Assembly: GCA_902763655.1 (NCBI GenBank)
Contig: CACWSW010000022.1
Span: 1-57,469, forward strand
Origin: an uncultured bacterium
GTDB lineage: Bacteria > Verrucomicrobiota > Kiritimatiellia > RFP12 > UBA1067
Length of the DNA: 57,469 nt
Direction of reading: 5' to 3'
Shown here: positions 44,303 to 53,178 of the stretch, one piece after another
Layout of the letters: each line of letters begins with the position of its first letter
How positions within the stretch are numbered: position 1 is the stretch's first letter
The notes under the pieces: generated by a model
What the model was told of the DNA's origin: nothing
Seen by the model: only the letters and a program-made list of their open reading frames with translations
Databases searched by the model: none
Made by a program: the position numbers and the translations under genes

Positions 44303-45982
44303 TCACTCCCCGCGCAAGGGGTAATCTCGAAAAATCTTCACCCAGACAAAATCAAGCTTCTTCGGCACCTTGACCTTGAGCATGCCTTCAGAAATGGATG
44401 CCTCGCCGCGGCCCCCTATGACGATCGGCTTCGCACCGTCTGTAAGAATGTAGCTTGAGATCGGCAGGGAGAATTCCTCATCCGCGGAGAGCTCGCGAAA
44501 CAACAGCGCGGTACCTTCGTTCCCTTTGCGCGATGCGGACACGAAACCGGTCCAGGCAAGCCCGTCCGGAGCCTCGCCAACCGGATACACGTAGCCATCG
44601 TGAACGGCATCGCGCTCCTGTTTCCAGCGCGCGATAAGCGGCTTCCATGCCGCAACTGTCTCTGGCGACAGGTTCTGTATCTCGAACCATCCGAGCGGCG
44701 ATGCGAACATCGAGATCGCGAAGATGGCATCGCGCGGCCAGCAGGCGGGCGCGAGCGGGTCGCCCTTCGGGTATAGTTCGGGCAACCTCTCGGGATTGAG
44801 GACCTCCATCCTCAAGCGCGCCGGATCAACGACATGCGCAAGGCCCCAGAAGTTCCTAAGCGTACGATGTGGCCACCATAGGCGATTGTCCTTCTTTCTG
44901 ATATATCGGTTCTCAACGAAGACGGGTCCTATCTTCGGGAAAGCGAAATACCCAGGCCGCACTCCCGCCGTCACGTCAAGGTCGATGGTTATGCGTCCCT
45001 GGGATTCTCCGACAAGACGATCCATCAGCTTCGCCTGTCTCGACAGAGCTGTCGGCGTAAGCGTCTTCATCGCGTCAAGCTTGAAATAGTCTACGCCGAG
45101 GTTGCGATGGGTGGACAGCAGAAAGTCGGCGTCCTTGCTCCAGTTCTTCGCGTCATCGGAAGAATCCGGCCCGAACCACAGACCAAACTTCATGCCTTTT
45201 GCCCGCGCCGCGGCGACAATAGGTTCGAGGCCGGAGGGAAAGCGGACGGGATCGACATCCCAGAATCCATCGACTTCCCACCACGAGCCCCAGCGCCCCT
45301 TCTCGCCCTTGGCAAGCGCGGCGGAGTTGGCCGAGCGCCCCTTCTGCCACCCGTCGTCAATCTGGATCACGTCCACTCCGAGTTCCGCTCCGGCAGCGAC
45401 TTCACGCATCAGGAACGACTCATTGATGCATGCGTCGCGGTTGCCGTCCCCCCAAGTGTTGGAGAGGAGAAGCCCGTCTCGACCCGAGACGTACGGCCTG
45501 AACGCGCGATGAAAATCTGTCGCCGCACGCACACGTCCTGCGCGTCCGCCTCGATAGCGCACCTTCACGCAAGGATACCCGTTATTGAGAACGCGAACCA
45601 CTCCAGATGCCGGATTGACGCGATAGTCTGGCGAGCTGTCAGGCCGAACGTGCGGCAATGGCGCCTGCCGGAAGAACGCCACTCCGTCTCCGCTCAGCGA
45701 GTCCTCGACGAAAAACGACGGCGCCGAGACGTCAAAGGCCTTCTCGCATCGCGAAAGGAGATACTCCTTCTCGAAATACAACTCGTCATGCTGGTCCGTG
45801 GCGTCCATCAGCTGCACGATGACAAGCCTTGGATGTGCCCATTTGCAGGAAAAATCCCCAGGCGAGAAGTCCAGATGGCCTGCCGCATCGTCCGCATAGG
45901 CAGAAGATAGCATCCCCACCGAACCGGCCATCGCCAATGCTGCGGTCGCCATGGCCATCGTAATTCTCGTAAAGTATCCCAT
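44303..45982 (-). CDS. GH36-like (clan GH-D) alpha-galactosidase
   Basis: Signal peptide; SNTWGD, QIDDGWQ, FP.GL, KFGLWFGP, YFKLD (nucleophile) motifs. Start ATG 45982 with GGAGA RBS. Confidence 0.8.
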   Translation of the reverse strand: MGYFTRITMAMATAALAMAGSVGMLSSAYADDAAGHLDFSPGDFSCKWAHPRLVIVQLMDATDQHDELYFEKEYLLSRCEKAFDVSAPSFFVEDSLSGDGVAFFRQAPLPHVRPDSSPDYRVNPASGVVRVLNNGYPCVKVRYRGGRAGRVRAATDFHRAFRPYVSGRDGLLLSNTWGDGNRDACINESFLMREVAAGAELGVDVIQIDDGWQKGRSANSAALAKGEKGRWGSWWEVDGFWDVDPVRFPSGLEPIVAAARAKGMKFGLWFGPDSSDDAKNWSKDADFLLSTHRNLGVDYFKLDAMKTLTPTALSRQAKLMDRLVGESQGRITIDLDVTAGVRPGYFAFPKIGPVFVENRYIRKKDNRLWWPHRTLRNFWGLAHVVDPARLRMEVLNPERLPELYPKGDPLAPACWPRDAIFAISMFASPLGWFEIQNLSPETVAAWKPLIARWKQERDAVHDGYVYPVGEAPDGLAWTGFVSASRKGNEGTALLFRELSADEEFSLPISSYILTDGAKPIVIGGRGEASISEGMLKVKVPKKLDFVWVKIFRDYPLRGE

Positions 45983-46064
45983 ATTGATTTCTCCATGCCT
46001 TTCGACTGGTGATTTGTCGAACACAAGGATACTAAAATCGCATACGCGGGGCAATGCGGAATTT

Positions 46065-46073
46065 TGATATACT
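46065..46073 (+). promoter_or_regulatory. Extended -10 (TGA-TATACT) for the mutarotase-sppA genes
   Basis: AT-rich intergenic, 45 nt upstream of ATG 46118. Confidence 0.55.
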
Positions 46074-46117
46074 TTCGGGGCTGCGCGGCATGGTTGCCGG
46101 CGGCGAGAGAGGTGACG

Positions 46118-47023
46118 ATGGACTTCAAGGCAAAGACAATGCTTCTGGCGGCAGTGGCGGCCATGGCCGCAAGTGCCGCAACCGTGGAATTGACGTCGAC
46201 GGACGGCGGCAAGGCCACAGCGGACACATACGGCGCACGTCTCTTCAGCTGGCGTCCCGCCGGCGGCGAAGAGGTGTTCGCCCTGCCCAAGCCCTACGAC
46301 AAGTGCCCCCGTGGCGTAGGCGTCCAGATACACGGTGGTCTGCCCATCTACTGGCCGTGGTTCGTTTACGAGGGACCGCAAGGCTGCAAGATACACGGCG
46401 TCACCAGCTACGCGGAATGGAAGATCAAGGAACGCGCGAGGGACCGCGTCGTGTTCGCGCTGGACGACACGCCTGAGACGCGCAATGCATGGCCGCACCC
46501 CTTCCATGCCGAGCTAACCTACGAACTTGGCTCAACCCTCACCGCCACCTTCACCGTCACGAACACCGGCAACGAGCCTTACTCCTGCACAGAGGGATTC
46601 CACCCCTACTACCGCGTAGGCGACACAATGCGGTGCACCGTCACTGGCACGGACGGCGCACGCTACTTCTGGAAGGGAGAGGCGAACATGGGCGACAAGC
46701 GCGTGTGGAAAGGCGATTTCCCCTGCCGCCTGGTCGCCGTCGGCAAGCCTGGCTACGTGTTCGAGGAAGGTCCGCACCGCCATCTGCTGAAGGATCCTGC
46801 CCTCAAGCGCGTGATCGATATCTCATACGAGGGCAACATCAAGTTCGTGATGTGGAACTCCGGTCCCGATTTCTCCGCGCTCGGCGAATCTGACGACCCT
46901 GACTACGGGCGACACTTCATCTGCGTGGAGGGTGGCACGCTCTACCGCGACCGGGCCTACACCCTCGCTCCAGACGCCTCGCACACGCTCAAGGCGATTG
47001 TCGCCGTGCGTCCTCTTTACTGA
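46118..47023 (+). CDS. Secreted aldose 1-epimerase / D-hexose-6-phosphate mutarotase family protein
   Basis: HGGLPIYWPWF, WPHPF.AEL.Y, FHPYY, FICVE motifs; signal peptide. Start ATG 46118 with GAGAGG RBS. Confidence 0.85.
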   Translation: MDFKAKTMLLAAVAAMAASAATVELTSTDGGKATADTYGARLFSWRPAGGEEVFALPKPYDKCPRGVGVQIHGGLPIYWPWFVYEGPQGCKIHGVTSYAEWKIKERARDRVVFALDDTPETRNAWPHPFHAELTYELGSTLTATFTVTNTGNEPYSCTEGFHPYYRVGDTMRCTVTGTDGARYFWKGEANMGDKRVWKGDFPCRLVAVGKPGYVFEEGPHRHLLKDPALKRVIDISYEGNIKFVMWNSGPDFSALGESDDPDYGRHFICVEGGTLYRDRAYTLAPDASHTLKAIVAVRPLY

Positions 47024-47063
47024 CGCTCTCACATCGTAACCAAAACAAGGAAGGAATACCGCC

Positions 47064-48122
47064 ATGGAAGAAAACACGCATAAAGGCTGTCTCATCGGAT
47101 GCCTGTCGTCGGTAGGAATACTGGTCGGAATAGTGATGCTGATGTCCGCAATGATCGCATTATGCATCCGCGGATGCGCGAATGTGGCCACCTCCGACAT
47201 GTCCGAGGCAATGGAAAATGCCGCTGAGAAGCGCCCGCAGGACGAAGTCCCATACAAGAAGACATGGCTGTCTGGCAAGGGAGGCACGAATGCGGCACAT
47301 GTCCTCAAGATACGCCTGCGCGGCATCATATCTGAAAGCATCCAGCGCAACATCTTCGATCCAACAGAGGACACGGGCGCGCCGACCGCGCTCCGCAAGA
47401 TTCGCGCCGCCACCAAGGACAAGACGATCCGTGGTCTTTATCTCGACATAGATTCTCCCGGCGGCGGAGTGACCATCTCGGACGAACTGCACGACGCGAT
47501 ACGCCGCTTCCGCCAGTCGAACACCAACCGCTTCGTGTTCGTCCACATGGGCGACCTCTGCTGCTCCGGCGGCTACTACGCAGCCGCGCCGGCCACGTGG
47601 ATCATGGCGCGCCCCACCACTCTCACCGGCTCAATCGGCGTGATCATGAGCAGCGTCAACATCGCCGAACTTGCCCGCAAGATCGGACTCGAGGGCGTCA
47701 CCATCGCGTCGGGCGACAACAAGGACCTTCTCAATCCCCTGAAGCCTGTCGACACGAACCACGTCGCCATCCTGAAGCACGCGATCAGCCAGCTCTACGA
47801 GCGGTTCGTCTCCATCGTCGCAGAGGGTCGGCACCTGCCGCTGGAGACGGTCCGCCTTCTCGCAGACGGGCGGATATTCTCCGCAAAGGACGCGCTGAAG
47901 GAGAAGCTGATCGACAGCATCGGCCACGAAGCCGACGCCATGGAGCAGATCAAGAAGCTTGCCGGCGGCGACGTCCGCATCTACGGCTACAAGGAGAAGC
48001 CGAACTTCCAGTCGCTGTTCGACGGCATCCTGCTCTTCGAATCCGCAGACGGACTCATCCGCAAAATGAAGGCGGCACTCGACGAGGGAGACGCCCCGCG
48101 CGCCGAGTACCGCGTCCGCTAG
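47064..48122 (+). CDS. sppA: Signal peptide peptidase SppA (S49, short form)
   Basis: N-terminal TM; DSPGGGV, CCSGGYY (catalytic Ser), TLTGSIGV, GDNKD (Lys), GRIF...A....LID motifs. Confidence 0.9.
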   Translation: MEENTHKGCLIGCLSSVGILVGIVMLMSAMIALCIRGCANVATSDMSEAMENAAEKRPQDEVPYKKTWLSGKGGTNAAHVLKIRLRGIISESIQRNIFDPTEDTGAPTALRKIRAATKDKTIRGLYLDIDSPGGGVTISDELHDAIRRFRQSNTNRFVFVHMGDLCCSGGYYAAAPATWIMARPTTLTGSIGVIMSSVNIAELARKIGLEGVTIASGDNKDLLNPLKPVDTNHVAILKHAISQLYERFVSIVAEGRHLPLETVRLLADGRIFSAKDALKEKLIDSIGHEADAMEQIKKLAGGDVRIYGYKEKPNFQSLFDGILLFESADGLIRKMKAALDEGDAPRAEYRVR

Positions 48123-48150
48123 GCGGCCAGGACCGCCCATTTCTTGATCG

Positions 48151-49353
48151 TCATGCCGCGGAGGGTGCCGCGCCAGACGCCGTCTTCGCGGCCTTGGCCG
48201 CCCTGCACTTCTTGAAGAGCATCCACCCGAAGAATCCTGCGACCGCCAGCAGGATTATCCCCAGCACCGGGCGGTAGAACACCCAGGCGATGGCGATCGT
48301 CACGAGCGAGCAGATGAACGCAATGAGACCAGCCACGAGTCCCATGCCCATCTCTACTATGTCGCCGAGGATCGGCAGCACGTCCGCGAGCACGCTCAGC
48401 GGCTTGAACACCATCGAGAGGCCGATGAACATCATGAGGAACCCGCCGACGCGGACGAGCCATGTCATGATCGCGTTGTTCGTGCGAGCCGTCTGGAACA
48501 TCTCCGCAGCGTCCTTGACCCCGTCTTCGAGATAGCTCAGCTTCTTCCCGTTCTTCGCCGTGTATGCGACGAACGTGTCGCCACGCTGCTTGGCGATGAG
48601 CGAGATTTCGTGCGGATAGACCACGCGGAACGTCACGCGCATGTCGCCGATGCGAGTCTGCGAGGCGACGTCGCGGGTGTTGAGTGCGTTGTTGCGCGTC
48701 TCCGCGTTCGGCACGTAGATCGTGCCGCCCTGGACCTTGACGCGTTCCACCTTGCACACGAAACCGGTGGGAAACGCATACTGTTTCGCCGAACCGATGT
48801 GGTCGATCTGGCTTTCGTTCAAGCGGAACGCGCCAAACGTGACGTTGGCGGCCTGCATCTTCTGTGACTCGAACTCCATCACGCCGGGATTGTCATGCCC
48901 CTGCTCCTTGAATCCGCTCGAATCGATCGCGGTCGGCATCCAGTCCTTCTTGTAGGTGTAGGTGGTCACCTTCTCGACGCTGCCGCCCATCTTCTTCTTC
49001 TCAGAGGTGTGCGACTCCTCGATCCACTGGTACATCTCCACATTGCGCTCCAAACGAATCGCCGTCGCGGAGACGCCGAACGTGTCGTCCGTGAGGACAT
49101 CCTTGGTGTCGGCCTTGCCGCTCATGTGGACCAGCTTGCCCTCCATCTCCTGATCGACCGAGGCGTTCGACTCCACCGAGATGCATGCCCCCTCGCCTTC
49201 ATCGATAGCCTTGGCCGTCTTGACCGAGTCTCCCTCGTTCCAGAACAAGACCGGGAACCCCGCTATGAAAAGCGCGAACCCGATTATCACGCCCTTGATG
49301 GAACTTCCAAGACGTGACCCCCAAGATTCCGTTGTCGTCTCCGTTACTGCCAT
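48151..49353 (-). CDS. TMEM43/DUF1625 family membrane protein
   Basis: SWGSRLGSSIKG...G..LF......LFWNEG, GKLVH.SG, LERNVEMYQW.E, IGDMRV.F, three C-terminal TMs. Start ATG 49353. Confidence 0.85.
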   Translation of the reverse strand: MAVTETTTESWGSRLGSSIKGVIIGFALFIAGFPVLFWNEGDSVKTAKAIDEGEGACISVESNASVDQEMEGKLVHMSGKADTKDVLTDDTFGVSATAIRLERNVEMYQWIEESHTSEKKKMGGSVEKVTTYTYKKDWMPTAIDSSGFKEQGHDNPGVMEFESQKMQAANVTFGAFRLNESQIDHIGSAKQYAFPTGFVCKVERVKVQGGTIYVPNAETRNNALNTRDVASQTRIGDMRVTFRVVYPHEISLIAKQRGDTFVAYTAKNGKKLSYLEDGVKDAAEMFQTARTNNAIMTWLVRVGGFLMMFIGLSMVFKPLSVLADVLPILGDIVEMGMGLVAGLIAFICSLVTIAIAWVFYRPVLGIILLAVAGFFGWMLFKKCRAAKAAKTASGAAPSAA

Positions 49354-49409
49354 AACATCTCCTTGTTTTTTATGTGCCCGATGCGGCACCATGCCGCAGA
49401 GGCATGTCT

Positions 49410-49420
49410 AGTATACCATA
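49410..49420 (-). promoter_or_regulatory. Extended -10 (TATGG-TATACT) for the TMEM43 gene
   Basis: Seen directly, overlapping the end of the upstream gene region. Confidence 0.6.
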
Positions 49421-49423
49421 AAA

Positions 49424-52400
49424 TCAGAGTTCTTCGCGAACCTGCAAGGTTCCGTCGTCCGCGATCTGCAGGTAGCCGGCGCGTTTCGGCCCGACAGAGA
49501 GCGCGTGGCCGCCGCGGCGAACCTCCACAGGCGACTCGCCGCCGTTCCAGAACACCCAGCCCGTCGCGCCCTCGCCCGGCACGCGATACGTCTCAAGCGT
49601 CTCGGGATCCTCCGCCCGCCGCGTGAACGCGCAGCCCGCCGCCCGCAGCTTCTCGCCCACCACGCGCCGCAGCGCCGCGGCGTCGTCCGTCGGCAACGCC
49701 TCGGGATCCAGCACGAGCTTCACGGAGCACTTCCCCATCGCGCTTTCCGTGATCTTCGACCAGTTCGCGCCCCAGTGCTTGAGCGCGGCGTCGACAGCGT
49801 ACGCCCGCTCCAGATACGCCATGCGGGTGTCCTGCGCCATGCGCGGCTCCTCGCGGAGACGGATGATCACGTCCGGAGGGTTCTCCGCCAGACGCAACTT
49901 GCCGAACGCGAGCGCCATCCGCGAGAAGATCGCCGCCGTGGGGCGCGGCACGCCCGTCGCGTGCACCATGCCGCACGGGAACAGCCCTTCCATCGGGTCG
50001 CGCCAGTGCCAGGTGAGGAGCGCGGTCGCCCCCAGCCCGAACGCGTGCGACACGAGGTTGCGGAACCGCGCCGTGTAGGCCTCGTCCGTGTCGCCTTGGT
50101 GCCACGGATCCTCCTTCACGAACGTGGGGTGGCACTTCGCGCCGCACTCCGGCATCGTCAGGGGCTTCCCGAGAGCGCGCATGTCGACGTCCTTCAGGTC
50201 GCGGAACATGCGGTCCGGCGGACCGTAGTAGTGGCGGTCGGTGAAGTCGAGGTCGAGCGTGCACCACGCCGGATCCTTCGAGGCGGCGCCGCCAGCCCAG
50301 CCCTGGCTCCAGCCGACGGAGACGAGCACGTCGGGCCGCCCTTCGCGTGCGGCCGCGCGACAAGAGGTAAGCCAGTGGCGCATCCGCTTCGCGCTGTCCC
50401 ACGACGGCGGCAGCTTCATGACCGGCTCGTTGCGGATGTCGATCATGAACCCAGGCACGTCGCGGTAGCGCACGGCGATCTCGCGGAAGTGCGCGGTCTG
50501 CTGCGTGAACGCCTCTCCCTCTGCCATGGGGTCGATGCGCTGCTGCGTGTGGTAGATCACGATGCCGTGCTTCTGCGCGAGCTGCACGCACGCGTCGGAG
50601 ATGCGCTTGTCCTCCTCGCACGTCCACGGCAGAAAGAGACGCGTGAACCGGAGTCCCATCGCGCGCATCTGGCGGAAGTCGCGGTCAAAGGACATCGGCG
50701 AACGCGCCACGGTGGGACGCGTCTGCCCCCAGTACGTCTGCGCGCCCATCCAGAACCCCGGGCGCCCGTCAAGCGCAAAGCGCGAACCGACCTGCGTGAG
50801 CTTCGGTCCGGCGGCGACCACGGACGGACTCCACACCACGAACGCGCCCGGCTCGCGGTCGATCACGCGCCCCTTCTCGTCCAGCAGCTCCGCCGTGAAG
50901 GAAACATAGTCCGGCGCGTCCGGCCCGACCGGCCACTCCGCCTCGACGGACGTGTTCTCGCCCGCGGACGCCGTGACGGCACAGGTGCGCATGCCGAGCG
51001 CGCGTCCCTTCTCGTCAGACAGCGCGAACCGCACCGTCGCGCGGCGCGCCTTCGCTCCGAAGTTCCCCACGCGCGCCCGGAGACGCGCCGTCTCGCCCAC
51101 GCGGTAGCAGGCGTAGGACGTGGTGGTCTCGTTGAGCGCGAAGCGGTCGAGCAGCTTTTGGGCGACAGCCCGCGCGAATGCGGCGGCCGACGCGTCGCCG
51201 GCGGGGAAGAGATCGACATTGTCCACGCCGAAGATCGCCCAGGCCGATCCGGCGAACGTTCCCGAATGATGGTAGACGAACGCGGCGGCGGGTCCGCGGT
51301 CCGAACCGTCCGCGGCGTACGCCTCGAGGATCGGATGCCACGCGCAACGGTTGGCGTCGTAGCCATGCCCGTTCACGCCCAACTGCGCGATGGCGGCGAG
51401 GCCCGCGCACGGACCCGTGCGCGAAAACGCCGGCAGGTCCGTGCCCGCCAGCGCGGGCGCGGGCGCGAGACGCGCCACCTGCCGCAGTTCGAACGAGGGG
51501 TCGAATGCGTTGACCTGCTTGGGAAGCGGATGGATGGCGTCGCGGATGCGCGCCGTACGCGTGTTGATCTGCGGCGGCTTCCGCGCGCGCAAAGCGGCAG
51601 AGGGATCCACGCCCGCCTTGAGGTCGGCAAACGCCACGCCCATGCGCAGGCCGTCGGCGGCCTCGCCCGGTCCAGGACCGAACGAGACGGACGTCACGGC
51701 GTCGAAGTTCAGCCGGTCACACGGGCCGCCGCGCCCGACGGCCGGCGAATCGTGCCAGTTCGCGAAGTCGGAGGGACAAAAGCGGTATTCCGTCCAGTCG
51801 CCCGTCACGGGCACGTGCACCTGCCAGCGAGAGCCGTCCTGTTCGTCCAGCTCCAGCGTCAGACGTTTGGCGCCCGTTGCCGCGCGGGCACGGAAGGACA
51901 GCAGGCTCTTGCCGGCGAGCGCGCCTTTCGGCAGCCGCATGGCCGCCGTCGCCCACAGGTGGAATCCCTCGCTGCGGACCTCGACGGACGGCAAGCCGTC
52001 CGGTCCGGAGACGTCGACGACCGAGGCCTTTTTCCCGGGCGGTGTGCTCGGCCGCCAGTCAGAGGCGGGAGCGAGGGGAATCTGCGTGTCGGCCGCGGGA
52101 TAGGGCAACTTCGTGTGGGTGATCCAGCGTCCATTTCCCGGGATGGTCGCGCTTGTCGCGACCGTATCTTTTGGATAGACGGGCTTGTCGAAGGCGTAGC
52201 CGCCGCAGGTGAAGAGCGAGCCGCCGGCGCTCAGGTAGCCGACAAGCGCGTCCGCCGCGTCGGCCGGCCAGGCCGAGCCGGTGGGAACGACGAGCAGGTC
52301 GATGGTTTCGCGCGCAAGGCAACCCTTCCGCACGAGGTCGTCGCCCATCACGCGGAAGACGTGCCCGAGCGGCGCGAGCGCGTCGAGGAACACGCCGGGG

Positions 52401-53134
52401 TCGCTCATGCAGCCGAAAGTGTTCGTGCCGGCGGGAAAGCCGAGGTCGAGCACGCCGATGCGCGGCGTGCCTGGCGGGAGGGCGTCGAGCCCCTTCGCCG
52501 CGCGCCACGCGGCGGCGGCGCGCAGGTCCTCGGCCGCGCGCTTCGCCTCGGCGAGGTCGGCGGCGGACGGCGCGTAGGCGGTCGCCGTCGTCCCCAGCTC
52601 CACCTGCGGCTCGGCGAACCAGGCCGTCCCGGAGCCGCAGAGGCAGAACACGAAATTCGCCTCGGAGGTGCCCCTCGGCAACGCGGGGATGGTCTTCACG
52701 ATGCGGGTCCAGTCCTTGTCTCCGACGACCTTGCTGTCGGAATCGTTCGCCGCAAGACGCTTGCCGCTCGCGAAGCAGTTCAGCGAGATGTAGGCCATGG
52801 AGTCGGCGGAAAGACCCTCAGTCTTCGCCCAGACGCTGATCGTGTACGGCGTGTTCGGGCGCAGGTCGCGCACGGGATGCGTGACGAGGTGCCAGACGCG
52901 CTGCTCGGCCGGCGCGGCCGTGACACGCACTGCCGGCGCGTCACCGTGGCGCACGGCGGGATCGACCTCTAACCGCACGGACGATGGGCTCTGGCACGTC
53001 CACCCTGCAGGCAGCCGCCCAAGCAGAGAGTTGGTCTGGAAGAGCGTGCCGGAGAGCAGGTTCTGCGCCCACACGGCAGACGGCGCAACGGCAAGCGCCA
53101 ACATGCAGACTCCAAGAAACGAACGACGTGTCAT
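49424..53134 (-). CDS. Large multidomain secreted glycoside hydrolase: CBM-like N-terminus, CBM11/CIA30-like insert, Ig-like domain, C-terminal clan GH-A (GH5/GH42-like) barrel
   Basis: MTRRSFL signal; YTISVWAKT..AWF..PQ.E (CBM4/9-like); LSFRAR...ELDE.DGSRW; D..RMRAMGL..TR, IDIRNEP, MPECG. Confidence 0.75.
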   Translation of the reverse strand: MTRRSFLGVCMLALAVAPSAVWAQNLLSGTLFQTNSLLGRLPAGWTCQSPSSVRLEVDPAVRHGDAPAVRVTAAPAEQRVWHLVTHPVRDLRPNTPYTISVWAKTEGLSADSMAYISLNCFASGKRLAANDSDSKVVGDKDWTRIVKTIPALPRGTSEANFVFCLCGSGTAWFAEPQVELGTTATAYAPSAADLAEAKRAAEDLRAAAAWRAAKGLDALPPGTPRIGVLDLGFPAGTNTFGCMSDPGVFLDALAPLGHVFRVMGDDLVRKGCLARETIDLLVVPTGSAWPADAADALVGYLSAGGSLFTCGGYAFDKPVYPKDTVATSATIPGNGRWITHTKLPYPAADTQIPLAPASDWRPSTPPGKKASVVDVSGPDGLPSVEVRSEGFHLWATAAMRLPKGALAGKSLLSFRARAATGAKRLTLELDEQDGSRWQVHVPVTGDWTEYRFCPSDFANWHDSPAVGRGGPCDRLNFDAVTSVSFGPGPGEAADGLRMGVAFADLKAGVDPSAALRARKPPQINTRTARIRDAIHPLPKQVNAFDPSFELRQVARLAPAPALAGTDLPAFSRTGPCAGLAAIAQLGVNGHGYDANRCAWHPILEAYAADGSDRGPAAAFVYHHSGTFAGSAWAIFGVDNVDLFPAGDASAAAFARAVAQKLLDRFALNETTTSYACYRVGETARLRARVGNFGAKARRATVRFALSDEKGRALGMRTCAVTASAGENTSVEAEWPVGPDAPDYVSFTAELLDEKGRVIDREPGAFVVWSPSVVAAGPKLTQVGSRFALDGRPGFWMGAQTYWGQTRPTVARSPMSFDRDFRQMRAMGLRFTRLFLPWTCEEDKRISDACVQLAQKHGIVIYHTQQRIDPMAEGEAFTQQTAHFREIAVRYRDVPGFMIDIRNEPVMKLPPSWDSAKRMRHWLTSCRAAAREGRPDVLVSVGWSQGWAGGAASKDPAWCTLDLDFTDRHYYGPPDRMFRDLKDVDMRALGKPLTMPECGAKCHPTFVKEDPWHQGDTDEAYTARFRNLVSHAFGLGATALLTWHWRDPMEGLFPCGMVHATGVPRPTAAIFSRMALAFGKLRLAENPPDVIIRLREEPRMAQDTRMAYLERAYAVDAALKHWGANWSKITESAMGKCSVKLVLDPEALPTDDAAALRRVVGEKLRAAGCAFTRRAEDPETLETYRVPGEGATGWVFWNGGESPVEVRRGGHALSVGPKRAGYLQIADDGTLQVREEL

Positions 53135-53143
53135 CACGACTCC

Positions 53144-53178
53144 TTTCACCTTTCACCCTTCACCTTTCACCCTTCAAA
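53144..53178 (-). repeat. Heptamer tandem array, about 5 x GGTGAA(A/G), from the upstream stop codon to the downstream RBS
   Basis: Minus strand TTTGAAG GGTGAAA GGTGAAG GGTGAAA GGTGAAA then GGAG..ATG 53134. Confidence 0.85.

Noticed and set aside
7682-52972. Long opposite-strand or alternate-frame ORFs (e.g. 7682-9247, 9000-11504, 21129-23237, 30705-33203, 38786-42352, 49505-52972)
   Set aside because: Arg/Ala/Gly-rich, motif-free and fully overlapping well-supported genes; expected from high GC3 codon bias.
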